A program made the position numbers and the translations under genes. Of a DNA stretch of 64,000 bases, positions 8,196-17,290 are shown piece after piece. The notes beneath the pieces were generated by a model. That model was given only the letters and a program-made list of their open reading frames with translations, made no database searches and had not been told where the DNA came from. Source of the DNA: an uncultured bacterium (GTDB lineage Bacteria; AUK180). Positions within the stretch are counted from its first letter, which is position 1. Each line of letters begins with the position of its first letter. The stretch lies in the NCBI GenBank assembly GCA_937863565.1, contig CALMGJ010000013.1:1-64000 (forward strand). Reading direction: 5' to 3'.

Positions 8196-9975
8196 ATCCG
8201 CTCAACTCTTTAAGCTGTTCGAGATTATCCTTGATCATTTCGAAACTTTTCTGCCAGAAGGCCGTATGTCCTATATCTATGCCGCACGATTTGAGTATTT
8301 CGCGGGGTTTCTTCACGCTTCCCATCGAGAGGATCTTCTCCAGAACTGGTATGAAGCTCTTGCCCTGTTCTTTATACATACCGTATAAAGACATGGACAG
8401 AAGCTGTCCGAAACTGTAGGCGTAGCAGTAAAAAGGAGTGGAGAAGATATGACTAATGTATGCCCATTCATATTTGAACATCTCGTCCAGCAGTATCGAA
8501 TCGCCGAACTGGGAGCGGAGGTTCTTCATGTATACTTCGTTGAGTTCCTTCGATGTCGCGCCGTTCTTGACATGGCAGAAAGCCTCTTTCTCGAACTTCA
8601 CGAAGAAGGCCTGCCGCATGATCGTCGCGTATGTATCGTTCAGTGAATTGGATAGAAGCGCGATCTTCTGTTTATTCGATTTAGAGACCTTGAGGATCTC
8701 ATCGAACATGAGCATCTCGGCAAAAGTAGAGGCTGTTTCCGCGAGCGTAAGGGAGGAGTGGGAGACGACAGAAGGAAGTCGCGACGAATAGAGCGAATGC
8801 ACTCCGTGACCGAGCTCATGAGCCATAGTGAATACCGAATCCATGTCTCCCGTGAAATTTAAAAGAACATAGGGCGTTATCTTCGGGCTCAAGGTCGAGC
8901 AGAAAGCCCCCGATCTTTTACCTACTCGGGGATGTGAATCGACATGGTCCTCTTCGAATATCTTTTTTGCGAAAACATAGAATTTTTCATTGAAACTTTT
9001 GAAGATGCTGAGAACATAGGCCTTCGCATCCGTGAAATCCCATTTTTCGCCCGATTGGCCGGCGGGGGCGTTAATATCCGTACGGGATAGCTTTGGAAGT
9101 CCCAGAAGACGGGCCTTTACCCCGAAGTATTCGCGGAAAATATCCTTATTCTTGTCGCAAACATCAAGAAGCGTCTCTATCGTACCGTCATCCACATCAT
9201 TTGAAAAATTCCTTATCGAGATCGGCGAATCGAAATGTCTGAACTCGCATTTCGAATGCCAATCCATTACGACCGCGCGGTAGATAGTGAATATCTTCTC
9301 TACATTCTTCTCGCATTGCGTCAGAAGGGCCGTGTATGCAGCTTTCCTTTCCTCGGTCTTTGAACTGCGGAAATATGAGGAGAGCTCGCCGAGCGTTTTT
9401 ACCGTTTTGACCGGTTTCCCCTTTATTCTCATTTCGAAGGTCAGGCCATCGAAGATCATTCCGTACAGTTTTAGAACAGGGCCTTTCAGATTGATATCCT
9501 TTACTGTCCAGATCTTCTCTTCCTCCATTGAAAGACCGTGTTTGGACGATTCCCTTATATGTTCGAAATAGAAATGCAGTTCGGGGATATAAGCAAAAAG
9601 CCTTTTTGCATTCTTTCCGTCGAGATGTTTGAGTCCTTTTACGGCTTTGCCCTCGATCCATAATTTTATCGTAAGCTCGATATCGGCATATTGCTTGGCG
9701 ATATCGGACGATCTGGAAGCATAGTAGGCGGATTCGCTCGCAGAGACATTCACGGCCTGAAATAAAGAGGCAAAACCTATCACGCGGCTCACCTGATGCT
9801 CGAGCTCAAGGTATTTTCTGACGAACTCCTTGAACTCCTTTTCACGGATAGAAGGTTTAAGCGACATAAGAGTGCTTTTGAACGCTTCTATCCTCGAGCA
9901 TGTTCTTTTGTATTCTTTCTCGAAATCGTTCTTCCTTATAAGAGAATCAAGGTCCCAGAGATTTTCCTGCTTCAT
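8182..9975 (-). CDS. pepF: M3B-family oligoendopeptidase F
   Basis: WDL start, GKRSGAFC, TMAHELGHGVH zinc motif, LAETASTFAE, HIF.TPFYCYAYSFG. ATG 9975 follows a GAGGTG RBS. Confidence 0.92.
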   Translation of the reverse strand: MKQENLWDLDSLIRKNDFEKEYKRTCSRIEAFKSTLMSLKPSIREKEFKEFVRKYLELEHQVSRVIGFASLFQAVNVSASESAYYASRSSDIAKQYADIELTIKLWIEGKAVKGLKHLDGKNAKRLFAYIPELHFYFEHIRESSKHGLSMEEEKIWTVKDINLKGPVLKLYGMIFDGLTFEMRIKGKPVKTVKTLGELSSYFRSSKTEERKAAYTALLTQCEKNVEKIFTIYRAVVMDWHSKCEFRHFDSPISIRNFSNDVDDGTIETLLDVCDKNKDIFREYFGVKARLLGLPKLSRTDINAPAGQSGEKWDFTDAKAYVLSIFKSFNEKFYVFAKKIFEEDHVDSHPRVGKRSGAFCSTLSPKITPYVLLNFTGDMDSVFTMAHELGHGVHSLYSSRLPSVVSHSSLTLAETASTFAEMLMFDEILKVSKSNKQKIALLSNSLNDTYATIMRQAFFVKFEKEAFCHVKNGATSKELNEVYMKNLRSQFGDSILLDEMFKYEWAYISHIFSTPFYCYAYSFGQLLSMSLYGMYKEQGKSFIPVLEKILSMGSVKKPREILKSCGIDIGHTAFWQKSFEMIKDNLEQLKELSGYDRK

Positions 9976-10146
9976 TTTCACCTCGTGTTTTTGTATATTA
10001 CATTTTTTTTCTTTTTTTTCAATGATATTGGATAATATTTTTAGATAAGCGGGGCTGAAACATTGTTTTTATACCCAACAACACTGACATTAAGCATTTA
10101 TCATCCTTTGATTGGTAAAAAGCGGGGTTATTCCGGCCCGGATGGC

Positions 10147-10815
10147 TCAAAACGTGAAATTGGAGAACAGCGCCCTAGTCAACATGAGCATGACCACGCT
10201 TACCCATGGGGAGGCCTTTTTCAGATCGGAAAAAGCTTTGTCCGCTACTTTATTGGAGATCGAGAAGATCGTTTTGAATATGTATTTGAAATAAAGCGCA
10301 TTGCTTCTTTTTCTTACCCACATCATGTCCCAGATGAATTTCTCTTCCGCCGAGGAATAGTAATCCCCTTCAATTTGGGCAGGTCCCGAAAGGCCCGGTT
10401 TTACTTCCAGGCGCTGCTCCCAGCCTTCGATTCTTTTAATATGTTCGAAAAATCTTACAGGCCGTTCAGGTCGGGGGCCGATGAAAGACATATCCCCTTT
10501 AACGATATTGATGAGCTGAGGCAGTTCATCCAATTTTGTGAACCTGAGCAGTTTGCCAAGGGTCGTTTCGAGATTCTGACCTTCACGGAAAAGATTTGCG
10601 CCGATCATTTGCTCGGCTCCTCTCTTTAATGTCCTGAACTTGTACATGACAAAACGCCGTCCGGACATGCCGATCCTCGTTCCCTTGTAAATAACAGGGT
10701 TCTTGGGATCAAGAACAAGCGAGGCGATGGCGATGATAAGCATTAAAGGCGAAAAGACTATAAGGAATAATAAGGCTGCTATTCTTTCTGCAGTACCATT
10801 CATGGTAATGAGCAA
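10147..10815 (-). CDS. Bacterial sugar transferase (priming phosphoglycosyl transferase, WcaJ/PglC catalytic domain)
   Basis: F.MYKFRT, LRFTKLDELPQLINIVKGDMSFIGPRPE, VKPGLSGPAQ; start codon uncertain. Confidence 0.88.
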   Translation of the reverse strand: MLITMNGTAERIAALLFLIVFSPLMLIIAIASLVLDPKNPVIYKGTRIGMSGRRFVMYKFRTLKRGAEQMIGANLFREGQNLETTLGKLLRFTKLDELPQLINIVKGDMSFIGPRPERPVRFFEHIKRIEGWEQRLEVKPGLSGPAQIEGDYYSSAEEKFIWDMMWVRKRSNALYFKYIFKTIFSISNKVADKAFSDLKKASPWVSVVMLMLTRALFSNFTF

Positions 10816-10900
10816 TGCAATCTTCGTGCCACTTGCTAATTACTTTATTATAGGGATATATTGCGAAGATAGCGGCGGGTTTGAACGCCGATGTGCAGGT

Positions 10901-12322
10901 TTATACTTCTTCTGTACCGGCAATATCCTTTTTGTTGATCCCGTATTTTTTCATCCTTAGTTCCAGTATCCTGCGGTTCGTTGCGAGAAAATCTGCGATC
11001 TCCTGATTGGAGAACCGTGGATACTTCGCTATCGTTTTCAGTATGAGCTCCTTTTCTCCTTTTTCGTATATCCTCAAGATATGTTCGAATCCTCTTTCTA
11101 TCGGGAGAAGGCACTGGATCTTGATTATATCCTCTTCCCCCTCCTCTTCCCCAGGACTAATGCCGATGGATTCTATCTCGATGTGTTTTGCGGTTATATA
11201 TTCGCTTTTTTCGAGTATAACGGCCTTTTCGATGATATTCTCCAGTTCGCGCACATTGCCGTTGAAATCGTAGTTCATCAGTTTAAAGAGGGCTTCATTG
11301 GACAAGCCCTTTATGTTCTTAGAGTTCTTCCGGGAGAATTTCCTTATGAAATAACTGGATAGAAGTGAAATATCCTCCTTTCTTTCCCGAAGGGCAGGAA
11401 GATGTATCCGTATCACGTTCAGCCGGTAGTAAAGGTCTTCACGAAACCTTTTCTCCTGAACTTCCTTTTCAATGTTCTTATTGGAACTGGCAATGAAGCG
11501 CACATCGATCTTTATGCTCTTGATGCCGCCCACGCGTCTTATTTCCCTGTTCTGGATCGCATTGAGGAGTTTGGCTTGGAGTTTCGATGACATTTCGGAT
11601 ATTTCGTCAAGGAATATCGTCCCTCCGTTCGCAACCTCGAAAAGACCCGGCTTATCCGAAAGCGCACTGGTGAAGGCGCCCTTCTCGTAACCGAATAATT
11701 CCGCTTCAAGAAGGTCTTCGGGCAATGCCGCGCAGTTTATTACTATAAAGGCTCCGCTCTTGCGGCTGCTCAGAAAGTGTATCGTTCTTGCAATGAGGTC
11801 CTTTCCCGTCCCCGATTCTCCCGTTATAAAAACATTGGCATTTGAATACGAGATGTCGGCGATAATGTCAAAGATCTCCTTCATCTTCTTATTCTTACCG
11901 ACAACGCCCGGGAAAGCCCTTTCTATTTCGCTTGTCAAGTATGATTTTTCATTCCTTATGACCTGATACATCTCGATCGCTTCTTTGACCAGTTTATGCA
12001 GCACTTCGAAATCAAAAGGTTTTGCTATAAAATCGTAAGCTCCCATTTTCACGGCATTTATGGCGCTTTCTACCGATCCGTAAGCGGTAATGAGTATTAC
12101 TGGTACATCATAATCGGCGGTCTTGATCTCCTTGAGCACCTCAAGGCCGTTGATATCGGGCATTTTAAGATCAGTCAGCACACAGGTCGGTGCGAATTTC
12201 GCGAATTCCTCTATTCCGCTCCTACCGGTATACGCCGTTCTCACTTCGTAGCCTTTCTTTTCGAAATTGATCTTCATTACATTGACGAGATTCTCTTCAT
12301 CATCGATTATAAGTATCTTCAT
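10901..12322 (-). CDS. Sigma54-dependent response regulator (NtrC/AtoC family: REC-AAA+-HTH)
   Basis: ILIIDDE, DLKMP, GESGTGK, ELFGYEKGAFTSA, FLDEI, FREDLYYRLNV, GNVRELEN. Confidence 0.95.
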   Translation of the reverse strand: MKILIIDDEENLVNVMKINFEKKGYEVRTAYTGRSGIEEFAKFAPTCVLTDLKMPDINGLEVLKEIKTADYDVPVILITAYGSVESAINAVKMGAYDFIAKPFDFEVLHKLVKEAIEMYQVIRNEKSYLTSEIERAFPGVVGKNKKMKEIFDIIADISYSNANVFITGESGTGKDLIARTIHFLSSRKSGAFIVINCAALPEDLLEAELFGYEKGAFTSALSDKPGLFEVANGGTIFLDEISEMSSKLQAKLLNAIQNREIRRVGGIKSIKIDVRFIASSNKNIEKEVQEKRFREDLYYRLNVIRIHLPALRERKEDISLLSSYFIRKFSRKNSKNIKGLSNEALFKLMNYDFNGNVRELENIIEKAVILEKSEYITAKHIEIESIGISPGEEEGEEDIIKIQCLLPIERGFEHILRIYEKGEKELILKTIAKYPRFSNQEIADFLATNRRILELRMKKYGINKKDIAGTEEV

Positions 12323-12323
12323 A

Positions 12324-13691
12324 TCACTGCTCCAGGATTATCTTGAAATCCGTGCGGTCCTCTTCACTACGGGCTTCTATTCTCCCTCCGTGGAGTTCCG
12401 CGATCTTCTTGCTTATGGCAAGTCCCAGGCCGAATCCTTTTGTATCCGTCGTATAGAAGGGATCGAAGATCCTCCCGATATTGCCGCTTATTTTGATGCC
12501 GTTATTGGATATCTCTATAATGATGCGTCCGCCTTTCCGGTAGGCGGAGATGTTAACAATGCCTTTTTTTCCTTTCAAAGCAATCGCTTTCGATGCATTT
12601 TCGCAGATGTTCATAACGATCACTTTGAAAAGCGCCTCATCTATATCAGCGTAGATCACGGGGTCTTTGAAGCTGAAGTTCAGCTCATTATCCTGCCCGA
12701 TGGCGTTCTCGATCACATCTCTCATATTGAGGAGCATCTGTTTGATATCAGTTCTCTGCCTGTTCAGAGATATATCCCTTGAGAAGTTCAGCATTTTATC
12801 CACAAGATTCGAAAGCCGTTCCGTCTCCTGGATGATATAATCGAGCAGTTTCAGATTCTCCTCAAGGTCCTCATATTCCCTGATCGTAGAAGCCGAAGCC
12901 TTTATCGTACCCAATGGATTCCGCAGCTCGTGCGCGATCATGGAGGAGAACTCTCCCATCGTCGAGAGAATGCTGTTTTTCAGGATCTCGTTCTTCAGGA
13001 AACGCTCCTTTGTAAGGTCCTTCATGAAAATATAGTAGAAACCCCTCTCGTATTTGAGTTCTATATTGTAGTTCCTTCCGTTGAAGATCACATTATCATA
13101 GAACCTTTTCTGGTCCTCTTTTATCTTACCGAGATCGTTAATGATCTCCTCGGAAACTTCCGGTATCTTATGCATGAGGGTTTCAAGTCCGCCTTTCAGG
13201 TCGGGATCGTTCGAATATACGATCTGTCTTCTGCTGTCGCTGATGACGAGTATCCCGCTCAAATATTCCTCGTATTTATCAGGCAGCGCCTTTGGGGCCG
13301 TCAGCTCCGCGAAAATGAACAGGAAACCTCCGGTAACGACCATGTGCAAAAGAAACATGAGCGGGAACAGAGGATATCCCGGATCATAATAGATAATGGC
13401 CTGTTTAATATTGACAATATCTCCCTTGTTGAGGGAGAAGATCTTTTTCTTCGAAGAAGGCCGGCCTGCGGTCTTAAGAGGCCCCTGTTCGAAGATATCG
13501 TGTATCTCGAAACCCGTGACCGGAGGATACTTCTCTATTTGTATCGAATCGTAGTCGCCATTTCTGATCTCTTTGAGCATTTTATTGATATTCCCGTTGC
13601 GAATGACCGTTCTTACGGATAGGACGGATATCGAGAAGATCAAACCGGCGCAGGCAGAAAGGACGATCAATGCAGCAATACGTTTTTTCAT
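12324..13691 (-). CDS. Membrane sensor histidine kinase
   Basis: Two TM helices; H-box IAHELRNPL, N-box NICENA, F-box IFDPFYTT, G-box GFGLGL. Start placed at ATG 13691 (ATGA overlap with the asnB stop). Confidence 0.92.
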   Translation of the reverse strand: MKKRIAALIVLSACAGLIFSISVLSVRTVIRNGNINKMLKEIRNGDYDSIQIEKYPPVTGFEIHDIFEQGPLKTAGRPSSKKKIFSLNKGDIVNIKQAIIYYDPGYPLFPLMFLLHMVVTGGFLFIFAELTAPKALPDKYEEYLSGILVISDSRRQIVYSNDPDLKGGLETLMHKIPEVSEEIINDLGKIKEDQKRFYDNVIFNGRNYNIELKYERGFYYIFMKDLTKERFLKNEILKNSILSTMGEFSSMIAHELRNPLGTIKASASTIREYEDLEENLKLLDYIIQETERLSNLVDKMLNFSRDISLNRQRTDIKQMLLNMRDVIENAIGQDNELNFSFKDPVIYADIDEALFKVIVMNICENASKAIALKGKKGIVNISAYRKGGRIIIEISNNGIKISGNIGRIFDPFYTTDTKGFGLGLAISKKIAELHGGRIEARSEEDRTDFKIILEQ

Positions 13692-15538
13692 AATCCGTTC
13701 TTTTGCCCCCAGAGAAAGAAAACATAAAGAGCCCATATAAGCCTGGAATTATCCTTTGCTCTGGCCTTGTGTTCATTAAGAAGGCGGTCGATGCCTTCTC
13801 TGTTCACAAACGCAGCGGCAGTACCTGAATTCATGAAAAACGCCCTCATATGACCGTACAGCTCCTTCTCCATCCATAATGCGAGAGGCAGCGAAAAACC
13901 TTTTTTTGTTTTATTGATGATGCTTGCGGGAAGCCTGCCCGAGGCGATCTTTTTCAGGATCTTCTTCGTTTTAAAAAGATCTGCCTTTAAAGAGCCGCCT
14001 AAGGAGAACATATATGAAGCAAGTTCTTTATCCAGAAACGGCATCCTCCCCTCGATCGAATTCAGCATCGAAGCCCTGTCTATCTTCACGAGAAGGTCAT
14101 CGGGGAGATATAAAGTGCGGTCAAGGAACATGGCCTTATTGAGCGTAGAGGATATGTCCCCTTCCGATGAAGGTATATTGTACATGTTCCGAAGTGATGT
14201 AACGGGTTCAATTCCCGGGAAGATCTCCCTTACTTGAGACGGGGAGAAAAAGCCTTTCCATAGAAGGTGGCTTAAAAGTACATCGTTGCCCGAGGCCTCC
14301 GAGAATTTCTTGATCTTATAGCTCATCGACAGGGTCCTGTTCTGCACCTTAATGCTCCGGGCAAAGATATCGATAACGCTTCTGAAGAAAGGCGGCATCC
14401 GGGAAAGGTAATGGTTCAAAGCTGTTGCCGTATACGTATGATAGCCTCCGAATGTTTCATCACCGCCTTCCCCGGAAAGCAGCACTTTCACTTTGCCGCT
14501 CGTGAATTTTGTTATCAGATACACATTAAGGAAGGCAGAGTCCGCAAAGGGTTCGTCAAAACCGTCGAAATTCCTGATCGTATCGAGGATGTCTCCCGAT
14601 GTGATCTCTATCCTTTCGTTCTTCAGCCCCAATAAAGCGGCAACTCGCGCCGCATCTCCGCTCTCGTTGAACCCCTTTTCCGGAAAAGCCACGGTGTAAG
14701 TGGTCATGTCCGTTCCCATTTCCTTTACGTAATAAGCTATTATTGATGAATCGAGGCCGCCGGAAAGTAGAAGTCCGAGCGGTGCATCCGAAATAAGTCT
14801 TTTCCGTACCGACTCCCTCATGAGTTCATCTATCCTGGCAAGATCGCAGCGTTTGGCCGATCCGCATTCGATGTTCCAGAATGTCTCCCTTTTCGATTCA
14901 CGGCCGTTTTTAAAAACCGCATAGGTGGCAGGAGGGATCTTTTTGATTTCTTTGAAGATCGAACGTTCTCCCGCTATATATCCAAGTGCAAGATAGCTGC
15001 TGAACGATCTCTCATCGAAAGAGAATTGGCCGGGATATTTTTTTAACGCCCTGAGCTCGGATGCGAAAATGAGTTTCCCTTTATCCTCGTAATAATATAA
15101 TGGCCTGATCCCGTTATGGTCGCGGGCGAGGATAAGGGACTTGGATTTCCCGATCCAGAGTGCGATTGCGAATTGCCCGTCCAGAAGCTCGAACATACTC
15201 CCTTCGAACTCCTCCCACATGTGAGGAATGATCTCCGTATCGCAGCTGGTTCTGAAAATATGTCCCTTTCCGATCAGATACTCCCTCAAGGTCCTGTAGT
15301 TGTAGATCTCTCCGTTAAAGACGCACGCGATATCCCCTGTCTCATTGTAGAAAGGCTGATTCCCTCCTTCGATATCTATGATGGAAAGACGCACATTGCC
15401 GAGTGTTACCTCATCATCCTCATGCACGCCTGTGCCATCCGGACCGCGATAACGGATCTCCTCGAGCATCGCTCTGGCGATCTTTCCTCTTTCATTTTTC
15501 TTAAGTCCCGGTTCCCAGATCCCGGCTATTCCACACAT
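13688..15538 (-). CDS. asnB: Asparagine synthase (glutamine-hydrolysing) family amidotransferase
   Basis: MCGIAG N-terminus, RGPD, RLSIID, NGEIYN, LSGGLDSS, SGEGGDE, DRASM..SIE.R.PFLD, KKGF. Confidence 0.92.
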   Translation of the reverse strand: MCGIAGIWEPGLKKNERGKIARAMLEEIRYRGPDGTGVHEDDEVTLGNVRLSIIDIEGGNQPFYNETGDIACVFNGEIYNYRTLREYLIGKGHIFRTSCDTEIIPHMWEEFEGSMFELLDGQFAIALWIGKSKSLILARDHNGIRPLYYYEDKGKLIFASELRALKKYPGQFSFDERSFSSYLALGYIAGERSIFKEIKKIPPATYAVFKNGRESKRETFWNIECGSAKRCDLARIDELMRESVRKRLISDAPLGLLLSGGLDSSIIAYYVKEMGTDMTTYTVAFPEKGFNESGDAARVAALLGLKNERIEITSGDILDTIRNFDGFDEPFADSAFLNVYLITKFTSGKVKVLLSGEGGDETFGGYHTYTATALNHYLSRMPPFFRSVIDIFARSIKVQNRTLSMSYKIKKFSEASGNDVLLSHLLWKGFFSPSQVREIFPGIEPVTSLRNMYNIPSSEGDISSTLNKAMFLDRTLYLPDDLLVKIDRASMLNSIEGRMPFLDKELASYMFSLGGSLKADLFKTKKILKKIASGRLPASIINKTKKGFSLPLALWMEKELYGHMRAFFMNSGTAAAFVNREGIDRLLNEHKARAKDNSRLIWALYVFFLWGQKNGL

Positions 15539-15539
15539 A

Positions 15540-15570
15540 AATAAGGTACCTGGTCTTTACATTTTACGGA
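15540..15570 (-). repeat. 31-bp repeat copy A (inverted relative to B and C)
   Basis: Reverse complement is TCCGTAAAATGTAAAGACCAGGTACCTTATT, one mismatch to copy B; contains the transposase stop codon. Confidence 0.95.
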
Positions 15571-16501
15571 ATTCAGCACGATCGATCCTCTCTAATCTTT
15601 TGAAGAAAGCATTGTCCTTCTTCATTGAGAAACGTAGTCTGAAGAGTCTTTGGCCCACTGCGTTCGCTGAGCTCAGACCAAGCTTTTCAGCCATCTGCTG
15701 TTGCGTCAGATCACAATACTTGCTCATAAAATAGACCGCAATATCCTTGAAACGGTCTTCTTTTTTAAATTTCTGCATGATCCGCCATATCTTTTCATTT
15801 CTGGTATCTATGATTTTCATCTTTTTACCTAGGGCAGTTTCAGGAAGCGCACCGGATTTCGATGTATGTTTTTCCCTCATGCATTCCGTCCATTTAGATG
15901 ACCCTAACAGATACTTGTACGTTTGAAGCTCGAAGTATGGCAGTCGGTGTTCCGTGTCAAGCCATTCTACGATCTTCGCAGGTGTGGAGATACCCACCCT
16001 TTCCTTTACGCCTTTCCAGTATATCAGGTCTTTTATCTTATTTTTCAATGCCCCGTCGCATTTACCTGAAAGGTATCTCCAGATACCTCCGGGATATGAT
16101 GCAACGCTTTCCGATATTCCTCCTCGAACCGCATTTTTGTTAACATAGCTGAACACATTAAGGAAATATTTTTCCTGTTCGATCAGTATGGCCTTGTATC
16201 TTGCTCGGAACACGGCACCTTCTCTTCTAATGGCTTTGTTGAAAGTCCTGGCCAGCTCACGGTTCAAATAGAGCATGCCGCGGCTTAAATTGGGAAGAGG
16301 CGTTTCGATGAGGATGTGATAGTGGTTTCTCATCAATATAAAAGCATAGATGCGGAACCCGTATTTTATCCTTACAGCATCAAGAAGACCTACGAAAGCG
16401 CTGAAGTTCCTCGGTGTTTTATACAGCCATAAAAGTCCCGTCCCGCGGCTTATTACATGATAGAAAGCGCCGGGATATTCTATTCTAAGAGGTCTTGTCA
16501 T
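15557..16501 (-). CDS. REP-associated tyrosine transposase-like protein (Y1_Tnp/HUH) with C-terminal HTH
   Basis: MTRPLRIEYPGAFYHVISRG start, LMRNHYHILIET (HUH), VFRARYK..LIE, Y...NAVR.G catalytic Tyr region, C-terminal LTQQQMAEKLG HTH. Confidence 0.9.
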   Translation of the reverse strand: MTRPLRIEYPGAFYHVISRGTGLLWLYKTPRNFSAFVGLLDAVRIKYGFRIYAFILMRNHYHILIETPLPNLSRGMLYLNRELARTFNKAIRREGAVFRARYKAILIEQEKYFLNVFSYVNKNAVRGGISESVASYPGGIWRYLSGKCDGALKNKIKDLIYWKGVKERVGISTPAKIVEWLDTEHRLPYFELQTYKYLLGSSKWTECMREKHTSKSGALPETALGKKMKIIDTRNEKIWRIMQKFKKEDRFKDIAVYFMSKYCDLTQQQMAEKLGLSSANAVGQRLFRLRFSMKKDNAFFKRLERIDRAEFRKM

Positions 16502-16506
16502 ATTTT

Positions 16507-16535
16507 ATTATATTCTTTTTTCCGTAAAAAGTAAA
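16507..16535 (-). promoter_or_regulatory. Putative transposase promoter TTTACT-17-TATAAT, with the -35 box inside repeat B
   Basis: -35 at 16535-16530, -10 at 16512-16507, ATG 5 nt downstream. Confidence 0.55.
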
Positions 16536-16552
16536 GACCAGGTACCTTATTG
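16521..16552 (+). repeat. 31-bp repeat copy B
   Basis: TCCGTAAAAAGTAAAGACCAGGTACCTTATTG; overlaps the TAA stop of ORF 16547-17227. Confidence 0.95.
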
Positions 16553-17227
16553 TACGATTTCCGATAATCGTTTTATGAACTCATCGAATTCCTTATCTGA
16601 AAAGGCATCGTTCACGATCCGTATTCTGGGCCCCCGAAAGAAAGTGATTCCCGGAACAGGCTTCAATGCTTCTCCGCCTATCATTATATTGACTACTTGC
16701 CTTGAGAGTTTTCTGAACCGGTCTATGCTCCTGATACTTTCAAGAGGGATCCTGCTCACATAGGATCCATGCCCTCTGTAAATATCCAAGGTTTTATCCG
16801 TGAGCTCCAATTTTCTGATCCCTCTTTTAAGCCATATGAAAAAGTCGGCCGTGAAGTAGATAGCAAGACAGAGCACGACCGTTACGAAGACAGCAGGGCC
16901 GAGAAAAATGGAGCATACTCCTCCGATTACGCTGCCTCCGATGAAACCTCCCACATTGACCCATATCAGGGAGGATCTCGATGCCGATATAGAAAATACC
17001 CTGTTCTCTATAAGTCCGTTTGCACGCAGGAATGCGGGATAATCTTCCGCTTCACCCTGAAGCACCTCGAAATCGTTTCTCGGATACCGTTCTTCTATTT
17101 TAGACAGAACCGCTTTGGAAAGGATCTCCATTTGAGAACGGACATCCCCGCTCAGATCGGCGTTGTCGATCTCATTCTTATCAATGATATTGCCGCTTTT
17201 TCTATCTTTCACAACGATGAAATACAT
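16547..17227 (-). CDS. Hypothetical membrane protein (soluble N-terminus, two TM helices, possible PH-like C-terminal domain)
   Basis: 226-aa ORF with GGAGA RBS; lies between direct repeats B and C. Confidence 0.7.
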   Translation of the reverse strand: MYFIVVKDRKSGNIIDKNEIDNADLSGDVRSQMEILSKAVLSKIEERYPRNDFEVLQGEAEDYPAFLRANGLIENRVFSISASRSSLIWVNVGGFIGGSVIGGVCSIFLGPAVFVTVVLCLAIYFTADFFIWLKRGIRKLELTDKTLDIYRGHGSYVSRIPLESIRSIDRFRKLSRQVVNIMIGGEALKPVPGITFFRGPRIRIVNDAFSDKEFDEFIKRLSEIVQ

Positions 17228-17290
17228 ATTCTCCCCCTTTTCAAATCAGGATCATGATTTACACTATTACACGACTTCTTAAGATCACGC

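Noticed and set aside
12930-13622. 230-aa plus-strand ORF (likewise 33971-34717, 22000-22599 and 36053-36631)
   Set aside because: All lie antisense to well-supported genes, as expected from codon bias.
15540-16552. Classical DDE insertion sequence with terminal inverted repeats
   Set aside because: The enzyme has HUH/Tyr motifs rather than DDE, and no target-site duplication is evident.
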